Positions 39,501 to 48,493 of a stretch of DNA of 48,550 nucleotides are shown piece by piece. Position 1 is the first letter of the stretch, and each line of letters begins with the position of its first letter. The stretch lies in NCBI GenBank assembly GCA_050943075.1, contig JBMNOM010000001.1:1-48550 (forward strand), given 5' to 3'. The translations under genes and the position numbers were made by a program. This stretch comes from Christensenellales bacterium. Its GTDB lineage: Bacteria; Bacillota; Clostridia; Christensenellales; UBA1242. Below the pieces are notes generated by a model that saw nothing but the letters and a program-made list of their open reading frames with translations, made no database searches and was not told where the DNA came from.

Positions 39501-42500
39501 AGTTTGCAATGTTGTTTTCAATTGTTTTTTGCAACACTGCTGTGTGTTCAATTTTGGATTGTGTTAAATTGCCAAACAATTCGCCCACAAGTCCGCCCGC
39601 TGCATATTTATATGAAATGATTTTTTGAGTTGCGGTTTGTGTGTTTGCAACAACTTCATACGATAAATCACGCAAGAAAGTGTTAAGCCCAGAATAGCCC
39701 AAAACACCACCAACAGTTGCTGCTCTTATTTGATTCATGCCAAACACTTTAAGGTTTGCAGAAGCTGAATAAGACATCACTCTGTCTTTAAAGTAGAATT
39801 TTTGTCCAAGTTTGTCTTCTGTGAAAATGTCAACAACACCAGCAATGCCACCAGCATAGCTTAATGTTTGGTTATTCATTAACGCAAGGTTTTCTTTTCT
39901 TATATATGTTTGTCTTTCAAACGAGGTTTTGTTAAAGAAGTCTGCTGTCACAGAAACATTTGTTGTGGTTAAACTGATGATTTCTGAATTACCTGTCACC
40001 AACCCCACAATTCCGCCCACAATGTTTTGTCCTAAAACAAGCGCAGTTTGTGAGTTGTTTTGTGCAAAGAGATTGATGTTTACAATTTTGGAATTATTAA
40101 TTGCACCAGCAACTGCACCAACGTGTGTTATGTTTGAAGCATTAATTCCAAGCAAACCAATGTTCAAGTTTTTAATGATGGAGTTCTTTTCAAGATATGC
40201 AAACATACCATAGAATTTTTGAGTGTTATTCACACTTGAAACAAGTTCTATGTTTGAAATTGTGAAGTTGTTTCCATCCACAATTGCTGCATTTGTTAAA
40301 CGCATTTCTGAAGATGACAATTTGTAATCTTCGCCTTGTGAAGAAGTTAAATCATAAAGATTAATGTTTGCAAGAATTCTGTAATTTCCAAACACTGCTT
40401 TTTGTTCAAGGTTGAAATATTGTTGAATTGGAGTTGATTTTGAAAGGCCAAATACATCGTTAAACTCTTTTGCATTTCTAATTAAAATTGGGTTTGAAGA
40501 TGAGCCATAAGCATAGCCATCTGCATAAACCAAGTTTGCATTTCCTTGTCCTTCAACATGTCTGCTTGAAATTGCAATGTCATTTGCACTAATCAAGTCA
40601 ATTCCTTTTGATGTTGTCATAAACCAAACACCATCTTTTGTGTTTGCATTTGCAAATGAGAAACCATAGAAAAGTTCTGTGTTTGTTAAACTGTCAACTC
40701 TTAAAGCACCTGAATCGTAAAGTTCTTCAGTGTCGCCACTTCCAGTTGTTGTGTTAAGTGGAGCGTAATAATAGCTGTTTGTAATTGTGCCTGTGTTAAG
40801 CAAGTTGGAGTGTGAGTCAACCCCTGTGAAACTCATTTGAGTTGACTTGCTGTTTTCAATCACGCTTGATGAAAATGTTCTTTGAATTAAACCTTGGTTG
40901 TTGTAAACAAAACCAGCGCTATAACTCCCCGCATTGCCCGCTCTATCTTTAATCATGATATTGCTGTAGCTGTCGGAAATTTCCCCAGTGTTTAAGAACA
41001 CAAAACCAGCACCAACACTTGAAGTTGAAATGCCTGAACCTGTTGTTCTAATTTCGTTTGGATATCTTGTGTTGTAAGCACCTTTTGAATATGAAAGGCT
41101 TATTTTACCAGTGTTTGTGCCTGCAAAACCAGCTGTTGTTGTTTGACGTCCAACTGTTGTTGCATTTTGAATTTCAATGTTGTTTGTGAACGAGCTTGCA
41201 ATAAAGCCAGAGTTTGTTCCAACAAAACCATTGATGTTTCCTTGTGCTGAAAGTGTGAAAATTTGAAGTGGGTTTGTAATTGTTTGCAAGTATGAGTTTT
41301 GAACAACTTTAAACTCTGTTCCGCCCACGCGTGAGTTTGTGATATAACCCGAGCCATTGTTGTTTAAAACAAAGCCTGCAATATTGCTTGTCACATTGCT
41401 TGGAATGCTTGTGCCAGTTGTTCCTGTGGCATAAAGCACATAAATTCCTGGTGTTGGGTTTGCAACATTTGGCATTAAGTTGTTCATCTTGTAAGCCAAA
41501 ACATGAGAATTTGTGATTATACCATTGTTTTCAATGGCAAAGCCCGCAATGTTAATTGTTTTAAATTTTGCTGTGTTAATTGTTATTGTGTTTAAATGGT
41601 AATAGTTAACAATAACGTTTTTAATTGTTGTTGAAGATGTGACATTTCTGAAAAGTGCAAGCGATAAACTTGAAACTTCTTGTTCTTCCATTAAATCAAA
41701 ACTCATAATTGAAATAACTTTATTATTTCCGTCAAAGCTTTTAATTTTTGAAGTGTCAAATGGAACATAATTGTAAAGTTCAATATTTTCCATCAAAATG
41801 TAGTCTTGTGAAACATCTTGGTTTTGAATGTCCAAAAATTCTTGTGCTGTGTGAATTTGAGTTGGATTATCTTCATCTGTGTATGCTGTCACATTAATTG
41901 TGAAGTCATAAGTAAATTCTCTCACCATTCCATCTGGTGTTTTATATGTGAACAACAAGCGCATTTTTTGTTGCCCTGTTCTTGCACCAATCACACTTAA
42001 TGTGTTTGGAGCACTTGCACCTTCTGACACAGAAGAAGCAGGGGTTGAAGCGCCATCATCAATAAAGTCAAAGTCCACAATTCCTGATTTAATCACTTGT
42101 CCGTTTGCAGAAAGCACTTTTGTTGTTGAGCCATTTGCATTAACGTAATACAAATTGTTTAAGAAGTTTTTGTAAACGTATGAATTTGTGTCGCCTTCAT
42201 GATAGTTCAAAATGTAAGGCAAAGTTGAATTTGCTGGTTCAACATTATACAAGTAATTATATTTTCTAAATTTTTCAACTTGTGCTCTTAAAGCGCTAAC
42301 AGCCTCATTAAATTCTGGCATTGTTGCGCTGTAATCTCGCCACTCTGTTGTGTCAAAATCAAATTCAAGCAATTTTGAAATGCCAATGTAAATATTCAAA
42401 ACATTTGTGTTAAATGAATCTGTTTTTAATCTAAAGCTTTCTTTGTCAATTAAGAAGTCCACAACTGTCACTTTAACTTCACTTGTTGCAACTTCTTGCA

Positions 42501-45500
42501 CGTTTCCAATTTCGCGTTTAACTTTTGCAACAACTCTAAATGTTGGTGAAGTTGCACTGATGAATCTTGCAAGTTCTGAAACATAAAGTGAAATTGTGTA
42601 TGTTTTTGTGTTAAGCGCATTGTCAACAGTTTCTGTCACACCGCCAAATTCAATTCCAGTGATGATTGCACCGCTGTCGCCATCGTTTGGAGAAATGGTC
42701 AAGCTGTCCAAAGTTTGGTCGGCTGCAACTTTAACTTCCAATGTTGCTGAAGTTCCACGAGCCACAACTTCGCTTTCTTTTCCATTAATTTTAATTTCTG
42801 CACTTTGTAATGCTTGAGTTGAAAGAATGTAGTTTGTGCTGAACAATTCTTCTTTGTTTGAGTCATACGCCTTAATTGTAATTGTGAAAACAACGTCTTT
42901 TTTTACATTTTGTGGAATACTTGCAAAAATGTAAAGATTTGCCAAGTTGCTTTGTGCTATTTGTTCCATTGCTTGCAAGCTTGATTTTGAAATTGCAATT
43001 CCATTTTCAACCGCTCTAAAGCCAGTTGTTGCCTTGAAGAATTTTGCATTTTCAAATTTCATTAAATCCAAAAGAACGCTGTTGCCATCAACAACATCGC
43101 TTGTAATTTCAAGGCTGTCATAGTAAGCATAGGCTGGGAAAAGATCAATGCTTAAAAGCGCTGATTTTCCAGGAGTGATTAAGTTTGTTGGTTCTGATTT
43201 GAAAACATAACCTTCAGTCATGTAAAAGTAGTTAAATTCTCTGCTTCTAACTCCAACAAATTCAATAACTTGAGAGTCAATTTCAACATTAAACACGCCA
43301 AACACGTTTGGATGTTCCACTGGTGAAATTTCAAATGACAATTTTAATCCATTGAAGTTATAGTCTTTAAATTCGTCTGCAATTTCAAGTTTTAAGGTGT
43401 AGAAGTTTCTTGTTTTGTCACCTTCAGTTGTTTGTCTAACAAGGTTTAAAACAAGTTGTTTGCTGTCGCCAACAAACATTTCTTCATAAGCGTATGTTCT
43501 GCCTCTAAAAGTGAATGTCAATGAAGATGTTTGGTCAAAAACTTTAACGTCAAGAAGTTCGTTTGGTGCGTCTGTTAGCACTTCAACATTAACTGTGATG
43601 ACATCTTTTGGTTGAATTCTAACAATGTCTTTAATGTTTGTTTCAATGCTGAAAGCACCAGTGTATGTTTTAATTGAGAATGATTTAATTAATTTTGAGA
43701 ACAAAATGTAATTGTATGTTTCATTTGCATCCAAAATAAGTGGATATGCCCTGAAATTAACCAAACCATCAATTTTTGATGTATCAATTGAGAATATGCT
43801 TGAATTTGTTGAAGAAACAATGTCTTCAGCACTATTAATTGGCTCGAGCACAATTTTCAAATTGTTGTTTTGTTTAAATTCAATTAATCTGTCTGTCACA
43901 ACTCTTGTCACAGAAACATCGGTTGAAATAACTTGTGTTGTGCCTTTTTTAACAGTGATTTGTGGGTTTAAACCAAGCGCTTCGCCATTATAAAGAAGTC
44001 CAACTTCATTAATTTTGTGAATAATGTAAACTTGAACTGTCTTTCTAGCAGAAAAGTCATATTTTAAGAACACATCAAGTGTCAATTCACCTGTTTTTAA
44101 CATTTCCAATGAGTTTGAATTAACAGATGCCGAGTTTGAACCATTTGCAATTTTAACTTTAATGTTTTTACTGCTTGTTCCAAAAAGAGTTTGGAAACCA
44201 AGTGTGTTCCATGCTTTAATTTGCGCGCTTTCTGCTGTTGTTAAACCAACTGAACTTAAAGGCTCATACATGAAGAAAATTGCGTTTAATTTGTTTTCTG
44301 AAACAAGCACATTTTCTGAATTAATGAAGCCCAAGTCGTAAATAATTTGTGAATCAACTTCGTCGTTTTTAATTTCTTTTAAGTAAGGATATCCGCCATT
44401 ATTTTCAAAACCAATTGCCCATGGTGAACTTGTTGAAATGACAACACCTCTGTCAGAATAAAACCTAATAACAGTTTGTCTGTCTGCGTTAAAGAGAGAT
44501 AAACCATTTGAATAATATTGTTTGTTATCGTTGATAAACGAGTAAATTTCTGAATTTGCTTGGTCTGGAAGGTATGTTAAAATGTATGAATTTTTAATAT
44601 TTAAACTTAAAGTGCCAGTGTAAGCAAGCACACTTCCATTATATTGTGAAACAAGTAAAACACTTGCTAAAGCGTTAATGCCATTAATTCTTGCAAACAC
44701 TTTTTCAAACCTTGCGTTTGACAATGCGTTGTATGCAATTGCACCCACAGCCACGCCACTTAAGGCAGTTTTGTTGTGATATGAATATACATAAGAGTTT
44801 AAAATTACGCCACTTGTCACAGCACTAATTCCACCAACAATTGAGTTGCTTGTTAAAATTCCGCCATAAACTTCGTTGTCTGTGTTGTCGTTTTCATATC
44901 TGTAAAACTCAACCGCTGCGCCATTAATTTCACCATTGTTGTATGCTGCAATTCCGCCAACAAAACCTGTGCTTGCGTTAATTAAACCAAAGAAAGCACT
45001 GTTTAAAATTTTGCCTGTTGCGTTGTTTGTGCCAACAAGCCCGCCAATTGTTTCTCCGCCGCTAATCATTTGAATTTTGCTTGGAGCATATTTTCCACCT
45101 TTAAGGAAGGTGTCAACTATCACCCCTGTGATTGTTCCGCTGTTTGTAAGCGCAACAAAACCGCCATTAGCAACTTCAATTTCACCAACAATAATCAAGT
45201 CTTTAACAATTGCATTTTGTGAAAGAGAAGCAAAAAGTGTTGTTTTTAATGGAGTTAAATTGTTGTTTGTGAAGTTTATAACATGTTTTTCTGTTGTGCC
45301 TTCTTCTTTTCCATAAAGCCCACCGCTGAAATCTTTTGCTTCCCAGTTTGCTGGAACAACAACGTCATTTTTCAAGGTGTAGTGTGCAGTGAAATCTTCA
45401 ATTTCTTCCAAAGATTCAATTCTAAATGATGTGCTTTGGCTTTTTCCATCTGCCACAATTATTTTGAATGTTTTATAAACTTTGTTGTCTTGAATGATTT

Positions 45501-48414
45501 CAGGTTGATTTAAAGAGTTAATTATAAACGCGTCTTGTGGAATAATTTTAATAATTCCAGTTCCGCCAGTTTTTAATTCTGTGTTCAAGTTAATTAAACC
45601 AGTGTTTTCATCAATGCTTAAAATGTTTGAATTTGTGCCAGTGTCTGGCTCAAAGAAATATTTCAATTTTTTGTTAAATGCGTTTTGATTTCCAGCAGCA
45701 GCTGCAATGAAGAAACTTCTGTCTTCATTTTTGTTAACATTAAGATAAATTCCATTTTCCTCGTTAACATTATAAACTTCAACTGAAGAAACTTTAACCG
45801 CACTTCTAATTGTCATTTCAACTTTAAGAGTGATGACTTTGTTAAATTCACGAATTTGGAACAAAATTTGTCCGCCAGTGTATTTATCAATTACAGTTTC
45901 TGGGTCGGTTGATGTGCGCAAAGCAGTCACTAAATATTCGCCTTCTTTGCCTTCTTGTTTGTGAACAGAAACGTGAACATTTTTGTCGTTAATGCTTGTT
46001 GAAACTGCCAAATTGTTTGAAGTTTGCAAAATTTCGCTGTATGTTGCTGGTGTTTTTCCAAAGTTTACAGAAAGTTTTAATGTTGCTTGTGCATAAGCTT
46101 TGTTGTAAAAACCAACTGTTTCAAGTGAGTATAAATCAAGTGCGCCTGAACTGATTTCAAAGCTTGTCACAGGTTCATAAACTTCAACTAAGAAGAATTT
46201 AACAACACTTTCCTCTTGAGTTGTTGACCTTAATTCTTGATACATTCCATTTTCCGACATTTGGAAAACTTGGCCGCCAAAACTTGCCCTAACCAAAACT
46301 TTGCCAACTTTAAGCGCTGTGATTAATCCAAACGATTTTAAGTCGGTTGCTCTTATTACGCCTGTGTTATCAGCATATGAAACAAGTTCAATGTCTTCAT
46401 CTGCCAATTTAATATCATAGTCAATAAAACTAAATTCAACGTTATATGTGTTTTTTAATAAATTTGTTAAGAAACTCACGGTTGAGCCATTTTTAATTGC
46501 AAGTTTAAAGTCAATGCCTGGAAGTTTGTTGACAACATATTCACCAACAGAGGAAGATTGATTGCTAGCAACTGAAGAAATTTGAACATTTGCTTTGAAA
46601 GGCACAAGAGTGTGAACTTTCAAACTAATTGCTCTGCCATTACCAAAACTAATTCCCAAAATCGAGGTTGCAACTTCATTATTTGCTTTTGAAGAAACTT
46701 GAACAGAGTAAATTTTAAATTCGTCTGCAACTTCTTCTTCTCTTAATGTGTTTTTGTTAACAATAATGTTGTCGCCATTTGTAAAGCTGATGAAGTTTGC
46801 AACTTCTGCATCAGCAGGATAAACTTTGAAGTAAAGCCTTTGTGTTTCAACTTTGCTGCTGTCGAAATACGTGTTTGCATTTTCTGGGTTTTCAAAACCA
46901 ACAAACTCTGCTTGCGACACGCCTTTTTTCACACTAAAGTTAATAATTGCTTCTTTTTTGTTTTCGCCATTGTTATAGTATTTTGCGCCAAAACGTGTTT
47001 CAACAATAATTTGTGCATCAGAAACATTTTTGCTTGCGTTTGCAACAATGAAAATTTCTTGGTTTTCTTTAACTTCAAGTTCACCATCACTGTTTAATGC
47101 AAGCAAAACTAAACGGCTTGCAGATTGACGCACATAAATATTGATGTTGTTTTCATTTGGAGTTTCTGGTGAGTAATCTGTTGTTTTTAAGAAGAATGTT
47201 TTATATTCTTCCGCAACAGTGCTTGGAGAAATTCCAAACTTCAATGACAAACCTTCTTCAAGTGCATAGTTTGTGAAAAGTGTGTATGTTTGAGCATCCT
47301 CTGCCATTTGGTTGTTTATGTAAATGTTTTCAATTATGTCGTAAGACAAAATTTCAACACGGTTTTCTTCTGTGGAGTAAGAATAGTTGTAGCCGTCGTA
47401 AGATATTTTAAAATACAAACGTGAAAGCCCACTTTGTTTTGCAGCTTTCAAGTCAACACTTAAATATTTATCAGCTTTTTTGTAATTTGTGGAAACAACT
47501 TGAACAAAGTCTGTTGTAAGTGAACTATCTTCAAGAACATAACTAATTGTCACGTCTTTGTCAATGTTCAATTTGTCAAGTTGAATTTTAACAGTTTCAT
47601 TTGCAAAGCTTGAGCCAGGGCCAGTTGCAGGAGCATTTGTTGCCACGTAAACTCTTGCAAAATTGTTTTCTTCTTTTTGCAAAGTTTGTTCAAGTGAATT
47701 TGTTAATGTGTACATTTCTTTTGTGATTGGAGTTAAAATGTCAAAAGTAAGTGAAACAGAATTAACATCTTCTTGGTCGGACATTGCTTTAACAGAAATT
47801 GTTTTAATTGAAACTGGTGTGCCTTCAGCAACACGCAAAACGCCATTTTGCAAAGTGATGAATTCTGGCGCTGGATTGTTTTCAATTTCAAATGTCACAT
47901 TTTTTTGGTCTGTGTGTTCTGGAACAAATTCCACAAGGCTGTTATCAACGACAGTTTGTCCGCCACGCAAAACAAAGTTTTTGAAATTTGATTGTTTTGC
48001 AAGAATTTGTCTAACAGGTTCAATAACCTTAACTGTGAACATTGTTTTTTTGTTTATGTTTTGTTTTGAGGAAACAGTCACGTATGATGTGCCTTTTGTG
48101 ATGGCTTTAATTGTGAGTTCAGTTTTTCCATTTCCAAGGTAGGTTTGTTTGTAAATGGAGATGTTTTGATTTTCAACAGATATGTAAATATCAGACAAGA
48201 TATCTTCGCTTGCCCCTTTTGCCTGTATCACAACTTTTTCTAAATTGTTTTCTGTTTTTCCAAGAAAAATTTCAACTTCATTTTTTGAAGCTGTAAAAAC
48301 TAAATTTTTTGTTTGGTCGCCACACGCTGCCAAAATTCCGGAAAATAAAACCAATAAAGTCATTAACAAAGTTAAAACAACTTTTTTTGATTTATACATT
48401 TTTTCACTCACCAT
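30523..48414 (-). CDS. Giant surface lipoprotein (about 5,963 aa) with Ig-like segments, about nine GLUG-type solenoid blocks and an internal polyglycine island
   Basis: Uninterrupted ORF ending at TAG 30523-30525. GGAGG lies 4 nt before ATG 48414, 7 nt before the in-frame GTG 48411 and 19 nt before ATG 48399, so any of these could be the start. The signal peptide ends in the lipobox ..LFSGILAAC. Cap-like motifs include SSNPILIRNAKEFNDVFGLS (40441-40500) and GTKEKPYLIYNLAELKT (34321-34380). Confidence 0.9.
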   Translation of the reverse strand: MVSEKMYKSKKVVLTLLMTLLVLFSGILAACGDQTKNLVFTASKNEVEIFLGKTENNLEKVVIQAKGASEDILSDIYISVENQNISIYKQTYLGNGKTELTIKAITKGTSYVTVSSKQNINKKTMFTVKVIEPVRQILAKQSNFKNFVLRGGQTVVDNSLVEFVPEHTDQKNVTFEIENNPAPEFITLQNGVLRVAEGTPVSIKTISVKAMSDQEDVNSVSLTFDILTPITKEMYTLTNSLEQTLQKEENNFARVYVATNAPATGPGSSFANETVKIQLDKLNIDKDVTISYVLEDSSLTTDFVQVVSTNYKKADKYLSVDLKAAKQSGLSRLYFKISYDGYNYSYSTEENRVEILSYDIIENIYINNQMAEDAQTYTLFTNYALEEGLSLKFGISPSTVAEEYKTFFLKTTDYSPETPNENNINIYVRQSASRLVLLALNSDGELEVKENQEIFIVANASKNVSDAQIIVETRFGAKYYNNGENKKEAIINFSVKKGVSQAEFVGFENPENANTYFDSSKVETQRLYFKVYPADAEVANFISFTNGDNIIVNKNTLREEEVADEFKIYSVQVSSKANNEVATSILGISFGNGRAISLKVHTLVPFKANVQISSVASNQSSSVGEYVVNKLPGIDFKLAIKNGSTVSFLTNLLKNTYNVEFSFIDYDIKLADEDIELVSYADNTGVIRATDLKSFGLITALKVGKVLVRASFGGQVFQMSENGMYQELRSTTQEESVVKFFLVEVYEPVTSFEISSGALDLYSLETVGFYNKAYAQATLKLSVNFGKTPATYSEILQTSNNLAVSTSINDKNVHVSVHKQEGKEGEYLVTALRTSTDPETVIDKYTGGQILFQIREFNKVITLKVEMTIRSAVKVSSVEVYNVNEENGIYLNVNKNEDRSFFIAAAAGNQNAFNKKLKYFFEPDTGTNSNILSIDENTGLINLNTELKTGGTGIIKIIPQDAFIINSLNQPEIIQDNKVYKTFKIIVADGKSQSTSFRIESLEEIEDFTAHYTLKNDVVVPANWEAKDFSGGLYGKEEGTTEKHVINFTNNNLTPLKTTLFASLSQNAIVKDLIIVGEIEVANGGFVALTNSGTITGVIVDTFLKGGKYAPSKIQMISGGETIGGLVGTNNATGKILNSAFFGLINASTGFVGGIAAYNNGEINGAAVEFYRYENDNTDNEVYGGILTSNSIVGGISAVTSGVILNSYVYSYHNKTALSGVAVGAIAYNALSNARFEKVFARINGINALASVLLVSQYNGSVLAYTGTLSLNIKNSYILTYLPDQANSEIYSFINDNKQYYSNGLSLFNADRQTVIRFYSDRGVVISTSSPWAIGFENNGGYPYLKEIKNDEVDSQIIYDLGFINSENVLVSENKLNAIFFMYEPLSSVGLTTAESAQIKAWNTLGFQTLFGTSSKNIKVKIANGSNSASVNSNSLEMLKTGELTLDVFLKYDFSARKTVQVYIIHKINEVGLLYNGEALGLNPQITVKKGTTQVISTDVSVTRVVTDRLIEFKQNNNLKIVLEPINSAEDIVSSTNSSIFSIDTSKIDGLVNFRAYPLILDANETYNYILFSKLIKSFSIKTYTGAFSIETNIKDIVRIQPKDVITVNVEVLTDAPNELLDVKVFDQTSSLTFTFRGRTYAYEEMFVGDSKQLVLNLVRQTTEGDKTRNFYTLKLEIADEFKDYNFNGLKLSFEISPVEHPNVFGVFNVEIDSQVIEFVGVRSREFNYFYMTEGYVFKSEPTNLITPGKSALLSIDLFPAYAYYDSLEITSDVVDGNSVLLDLMKFENAKFFKATTGFRAVENGIAISKSSLQAMEQIAQSNLANLYIFASIPQNVKKDVVFTITIKAYDSNKEELFSTNYILSTQALQSAEIKINGKESEVVARGTSATLEVKVAADQTLDSLTISPNDGDSGAIITGIEFGGVTETVDNALNTKTYTISLYVSELARFISATSPTFRVVAKVKREIGNVQEVATSEVKVTVVDFLIDKESFRLKTDSFNTNVLNIYIGISKLLEFDFDTTEWRDYSATMPEFNEAVSALRAQVEKFRKYNYLYNVEPANSTLPYILNYHEGDTNSYVYKNFLNNLYYVNANGSTTKVLSANGQVIKSGIVDFDFIDDGASTPASSVSEGASAPNTLSVIGARTGQQKMRLLFTYKTPDGMVREFTYDFTINVTAYTDEDNPTQIHTAQEFLDIQNQDVSQDYILMENIELYNYVPFDTSKIKSFDGNNKVISIMSFDLMEEQEVSSLSLALFRNVTSSTTIKNVIVNYYHLNTITINTAKFKTINIAGFAIENNGIITNSHVLAYKMNNLMPNVANPTPGIYVLYATGTTGTSIPSNVTSNIAGFVLNNNGSGYITNSRVGGTEFKVVQNSYLQTITNPLQIFTLSAQGNINGFVGTNSGFIASSFTNNIEIQNATTVGRQTTTAGFAGTNTGKISLSYSKGAYNTRYPNEIRTTGSGISTSSVGAGFVFLNTGEISDSYSNIMIKDRAGNAGSYSAGFVYNNQGLIQRTFSSSVIENSKSTQMSFTGVDSHSNLLNTGTITNSYYYAPLNTTTGSGDTEELYDSGALRVDSLTNTELFYGFSFANANTKDGVWFMTTSKGIDLISANDIAISSRHVEGQGNANLVYADGYAYGSSSNPILIRNAKEFNDVFGLSKSTPIQQYFNLEQKAVFGNYRILANINLYDLTSSQGEDYKLSSSEMRLTNAAIVDGNNFTISNIELVSSVNNTQKFYGMFAYLEKNSIIKNLNIGLLGINASNITHVGAVAGAINNSKIVNINLFAQNNSQTALVLGQNIVGGIVGLVTGNSEIISLTTTNVSVTADFFNKTSFERQTYIRKENLALMNNQTLSYAGGIAGVVDIFTEDKLGQKFYFKDRVMSYSASANLKVFGMNQIRAATVGGVLGYSGLNTFLRDLSYEVVANTQTATQKIISYKYAAGGLVGELFGNLTQSKIEHTAVLQKTIENNIANYYNTNLTFTRGNETLFIEANADYEPLFVGGLVGQVFSGELSNSYAKVNVIGTNARFVGGLIGAIGDFKVDTEYRNLKPIGTVLIQELYHFGDLKSASSKEKIVGVQEEFAAGAGGAFGFVEFVAPSTFNDYEEVFIIIDGLNTITYLNKTQPTILGANNKIETKDIYDLYAYTYDTKAKQFIASINYSAHSVARTSDSPNSLISDLFMIPETYNGLLTPKIYTTNYFIKANENYYLQKSIIGGTQNDPKTITDKVVPLNEIRDVAVDAVQMDIIFRNNDWDENNWERKTGNLLPSIVFTVSSSIIYIRTAADFALMATYPDKTFIIIAGGPDSQNKIIDLSSLTDETFKQIQSFSGVLKGYTPENEELVGKPVPEYGFSGYALKEALIGIATNGAVFSDFVIQDSGYHNDIDIMKGSALLVEQSSVAIFKNIIINNSRIVTESRNAALLVGHAINSTFENLEVNYTTTKKIMMQYVTSQAVNKDANFYAGLITAKATSDIKTTFKNIKINVNNRNGINIDGSSITANDPSVSIVKNINVGGIIGAVVQGSVEFSRDTLGFTNRGPAAIIQNLFISLTGSSLESDYYTLKAGGLAGFVGNASIMLLEPAKEVATTVSFDFAAKFKAGDNNAASSASIGGLFGFAGGNVHTAFTENTKLNIKPSVAFQNQLPTQTENYSNVHIGGVVGNVKGLLKIDNVVVGKGEESDDLRSIPTSFDIRANQNNLYVGGIAGEANNTVTISSNLVGKLFNPKISNNSTNSGSAFVRFGGIIGSLNSSSNESNIFKNNTNQVVKIENSKQVDAGGLVGYLDVLDAKVNDLTPSYSLKTIDGRTTTDRTGNIVNTSFDIVRHDNSSINAGGLIGRIKVPTNVETSSSTIYSKQVLLEGNIAFGDINLIYQPLASVAETKSSYIGGLVGTSSNNTLVKNNKILTTLYTNRINEKVWLDAVAGNKTLSAANTEQGSNNYYSSQINLTTHSSLFLTSEKIFAENLTYEELLNEMGESLIRTILSAENSLFAVDGDGKLVKNGHKLNPYEINSSSEFSSTSLSARTLRKDFRTYFTLGDIQTFNQPAIKLGETSISNIAIIGNGKQIQLKNTEKRVFNEIDEKSFISGLNLTLDIEQNYVYPEGYSGYLYKYGQSVYSYPFTIYGALSAVNHGVIYASAVKGKEYVSQDFATYSNEFYAKLLITNTNLVGGIVGLNKGFIADSLTNIEINNITDVKTTSNTAINNNLFVEQDFADFIQINGSSFTIRPITSGFVGINEGDIKTSISSGYIKTPFGIAYSFGADNQNVAFLNNNNAGPSVRNSFAYTNAVNAFNKESETKALTSLNNVFGYSANDTNAYDIYATGVESKAGTAQKLITKQLFSMQPSVNTNFEFKVNYNFGYLTFGRNYNSSSFDYMRVLTSIDKDYLISNLGILKQKDDLLQISVNKNVYLTNDIIITDAMGRFDDGDTFSALDEQSSWNWNSMSLNKLKLFGNDFTISGFRVLSNQENQKTNNGFFSTINETEIHNLTLANGQVVMDNPDKFGTGVVGAFAGLATNSLIENSKNLGVSVVSNYYGYAGGIVGKLNGGSIKSTINTGNVIVRLINPSLSENDATINAGGIAATFLNVSSSNDIYGNENYGFVYSSHIENENAELLENNTYGIGYRPSQNSQAANYNHGLVRKEFVTENNEIVVDESVYTLFNKTLQDVKQTPSNRALPQDVTTLQGNGTKEKPYLIYNLAELKTALSRYRNEVTSTFSIILMNNIDISDYYNSSMVKMFIDSFDGIIYGNNKLLSYKFNSDTIKQFLINSVSADSTITNLNVLGTISKSYYYNSLFVNKNYGLLQNINVYGSIIKNGELLNEDVTDSKNNLSGLAINNFAKIKSVNNFAVITSNDGQNARYQDIESIIHRTNSISASKIGGIVAINNENAEIIDGNNFGALIAGNGGQGYGRDNALLDKLIQQSDIDTKTGGLYLTQEEKTFIKYFYTVVAYTDSEIYEVENEQYLGIGRTDANNDESEGLTTLENLGQTFINLYNEYVERFINNPSLLYKFKLITIVNGYYRFDSTELVRDIYKYFYNKGFYSSEAMNLYQTLLNNIYLKYKQKSIQLYKDPLPLDRLMIIWRYAALSDYIDELVADDGTTSYETVGIIGKKLYSISINSPTIVDGGGGLNAVDSPDTDYGLPGENGKDGLPGGNASIIGGVASKSISSESYVTGNNFGIIIGGHGGTGGDGGYGGDGGHGNREKASIEFFKFFDRLSELKNDRFHGGNGGNGGDGGNGGSSIIAHYIGIGNSKIAQSNAKSLIQPIAIAGLEGRGGYGGKGGIGGHGVLGKSLAELDFQNVNPWFALYDAVYSFGGHGGTGGNAGFNGNSYELLDVALELYSFDDISLQNSDLRKGKASYFTYKNLGNIKIIYQTALLFYNDYYTTPGGIGGSPYEIEKVTTVPNVGGSKVNVDANGNFIINDWSDLRRAIFINNTYQNDNVIYYLTRDFRFAKTPSGHAKPEDYAADVYEPLPSFYGTINGKISDTRNAKIIINGSYPSLSLLSGRGKIENLNIRLAIDNYSEKFDSINQILFNNKGTDNHQSGINFDAGSTISYNQTKDQYILINSDENGQAQLPSATNITFNFISSTFSSVNAQGLLLPDNNEIKTKAQFAEFVLLANLGSDKDFILDYDISIPVENMTENKTVINVFNGSLRSMTSKKITLQNSVDEEQSVLYKSFIFDNRGTITGIGFDGFFSLSGVAINNNGLIDNVRIGSASDVKTIIANDEIYGISVNNNGTISNVLNFYNLTSKSGNAAGIVGVNQRLITGAKNFGDIKAGKETQENDGIIIEATKGGDAAGIAIYNGSNDSSSPAYDENGNLLRGITKSENTGNITAGNGATGQPGGNAAGIVVYNFYTEDYVDEDGDPQINIYYGVLMSFESNRLNMGLISNTGEIIAGNGSNGENGGSAGLIIAVNSITIEGNTIEGYYNNEEAEDAFYNQGGTVVLGLPNGTLFTLTIIPIPEE
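32440..33062 (-). other. Polyglycine (GGxGGxGG) motif cluster inside the 5,963-aa protein
   Basis: Reverse translation was checked at 32821-32880 (GHGGTGGDGGYGGDGGHGNR) and 32701-32760 (RFHGGNGGNGGDGGNGGSSI). Further runs are VDGGGGLN.., GRGGYGGKGGIGGHG and GGHGGTGGNAGFNG. Confidence 0.85.
48322..48414 (-). other. Type II (lipoprotein) signal peptide of the 5,963-aa protein
   Basis: (MVSEK)MYKSKKVVLTLLMTLLVLFSGILAA|CG. The Cys codon TGT is at 48322-48324. Confidence 0.75.
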
Positions 48415-48493
48415 ATTTCCTCCAAATGTAAACAAAAACTGTTCTGAAAAGGCATATTATATATAAATTTATTTTAGAGAATTTTTATAAATA

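Noticed and set aside
47663-48142. 159-aa plus-strand ORF, together with dozens of other 60-120-aa ORFs antisense to or out of frame within rpoB, rpoC and the giant genes
   Set aside because: All lie entirely inside long, well-supported genes. They have biased, low-complexity translations (Phe/Leu/Ser/Cys-rich mirrors of the sense strand) and no SD or promoter.
20395-48414. IgA1-protease-like or ZmpB-like metalloprotease, or a sortase-anchored adhesin, since GLUG motifs occur in such streptococcal proteins
   Set aside because: Scanning both translations by eye, I found no HExxH zinc-binding motif. I also found no LPxTG followed by a hydrophobic/basic tail; the only near match, PLPTGK, lacks the x position and is internal. 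Anchoring appears to be by N-terminal lipidation.
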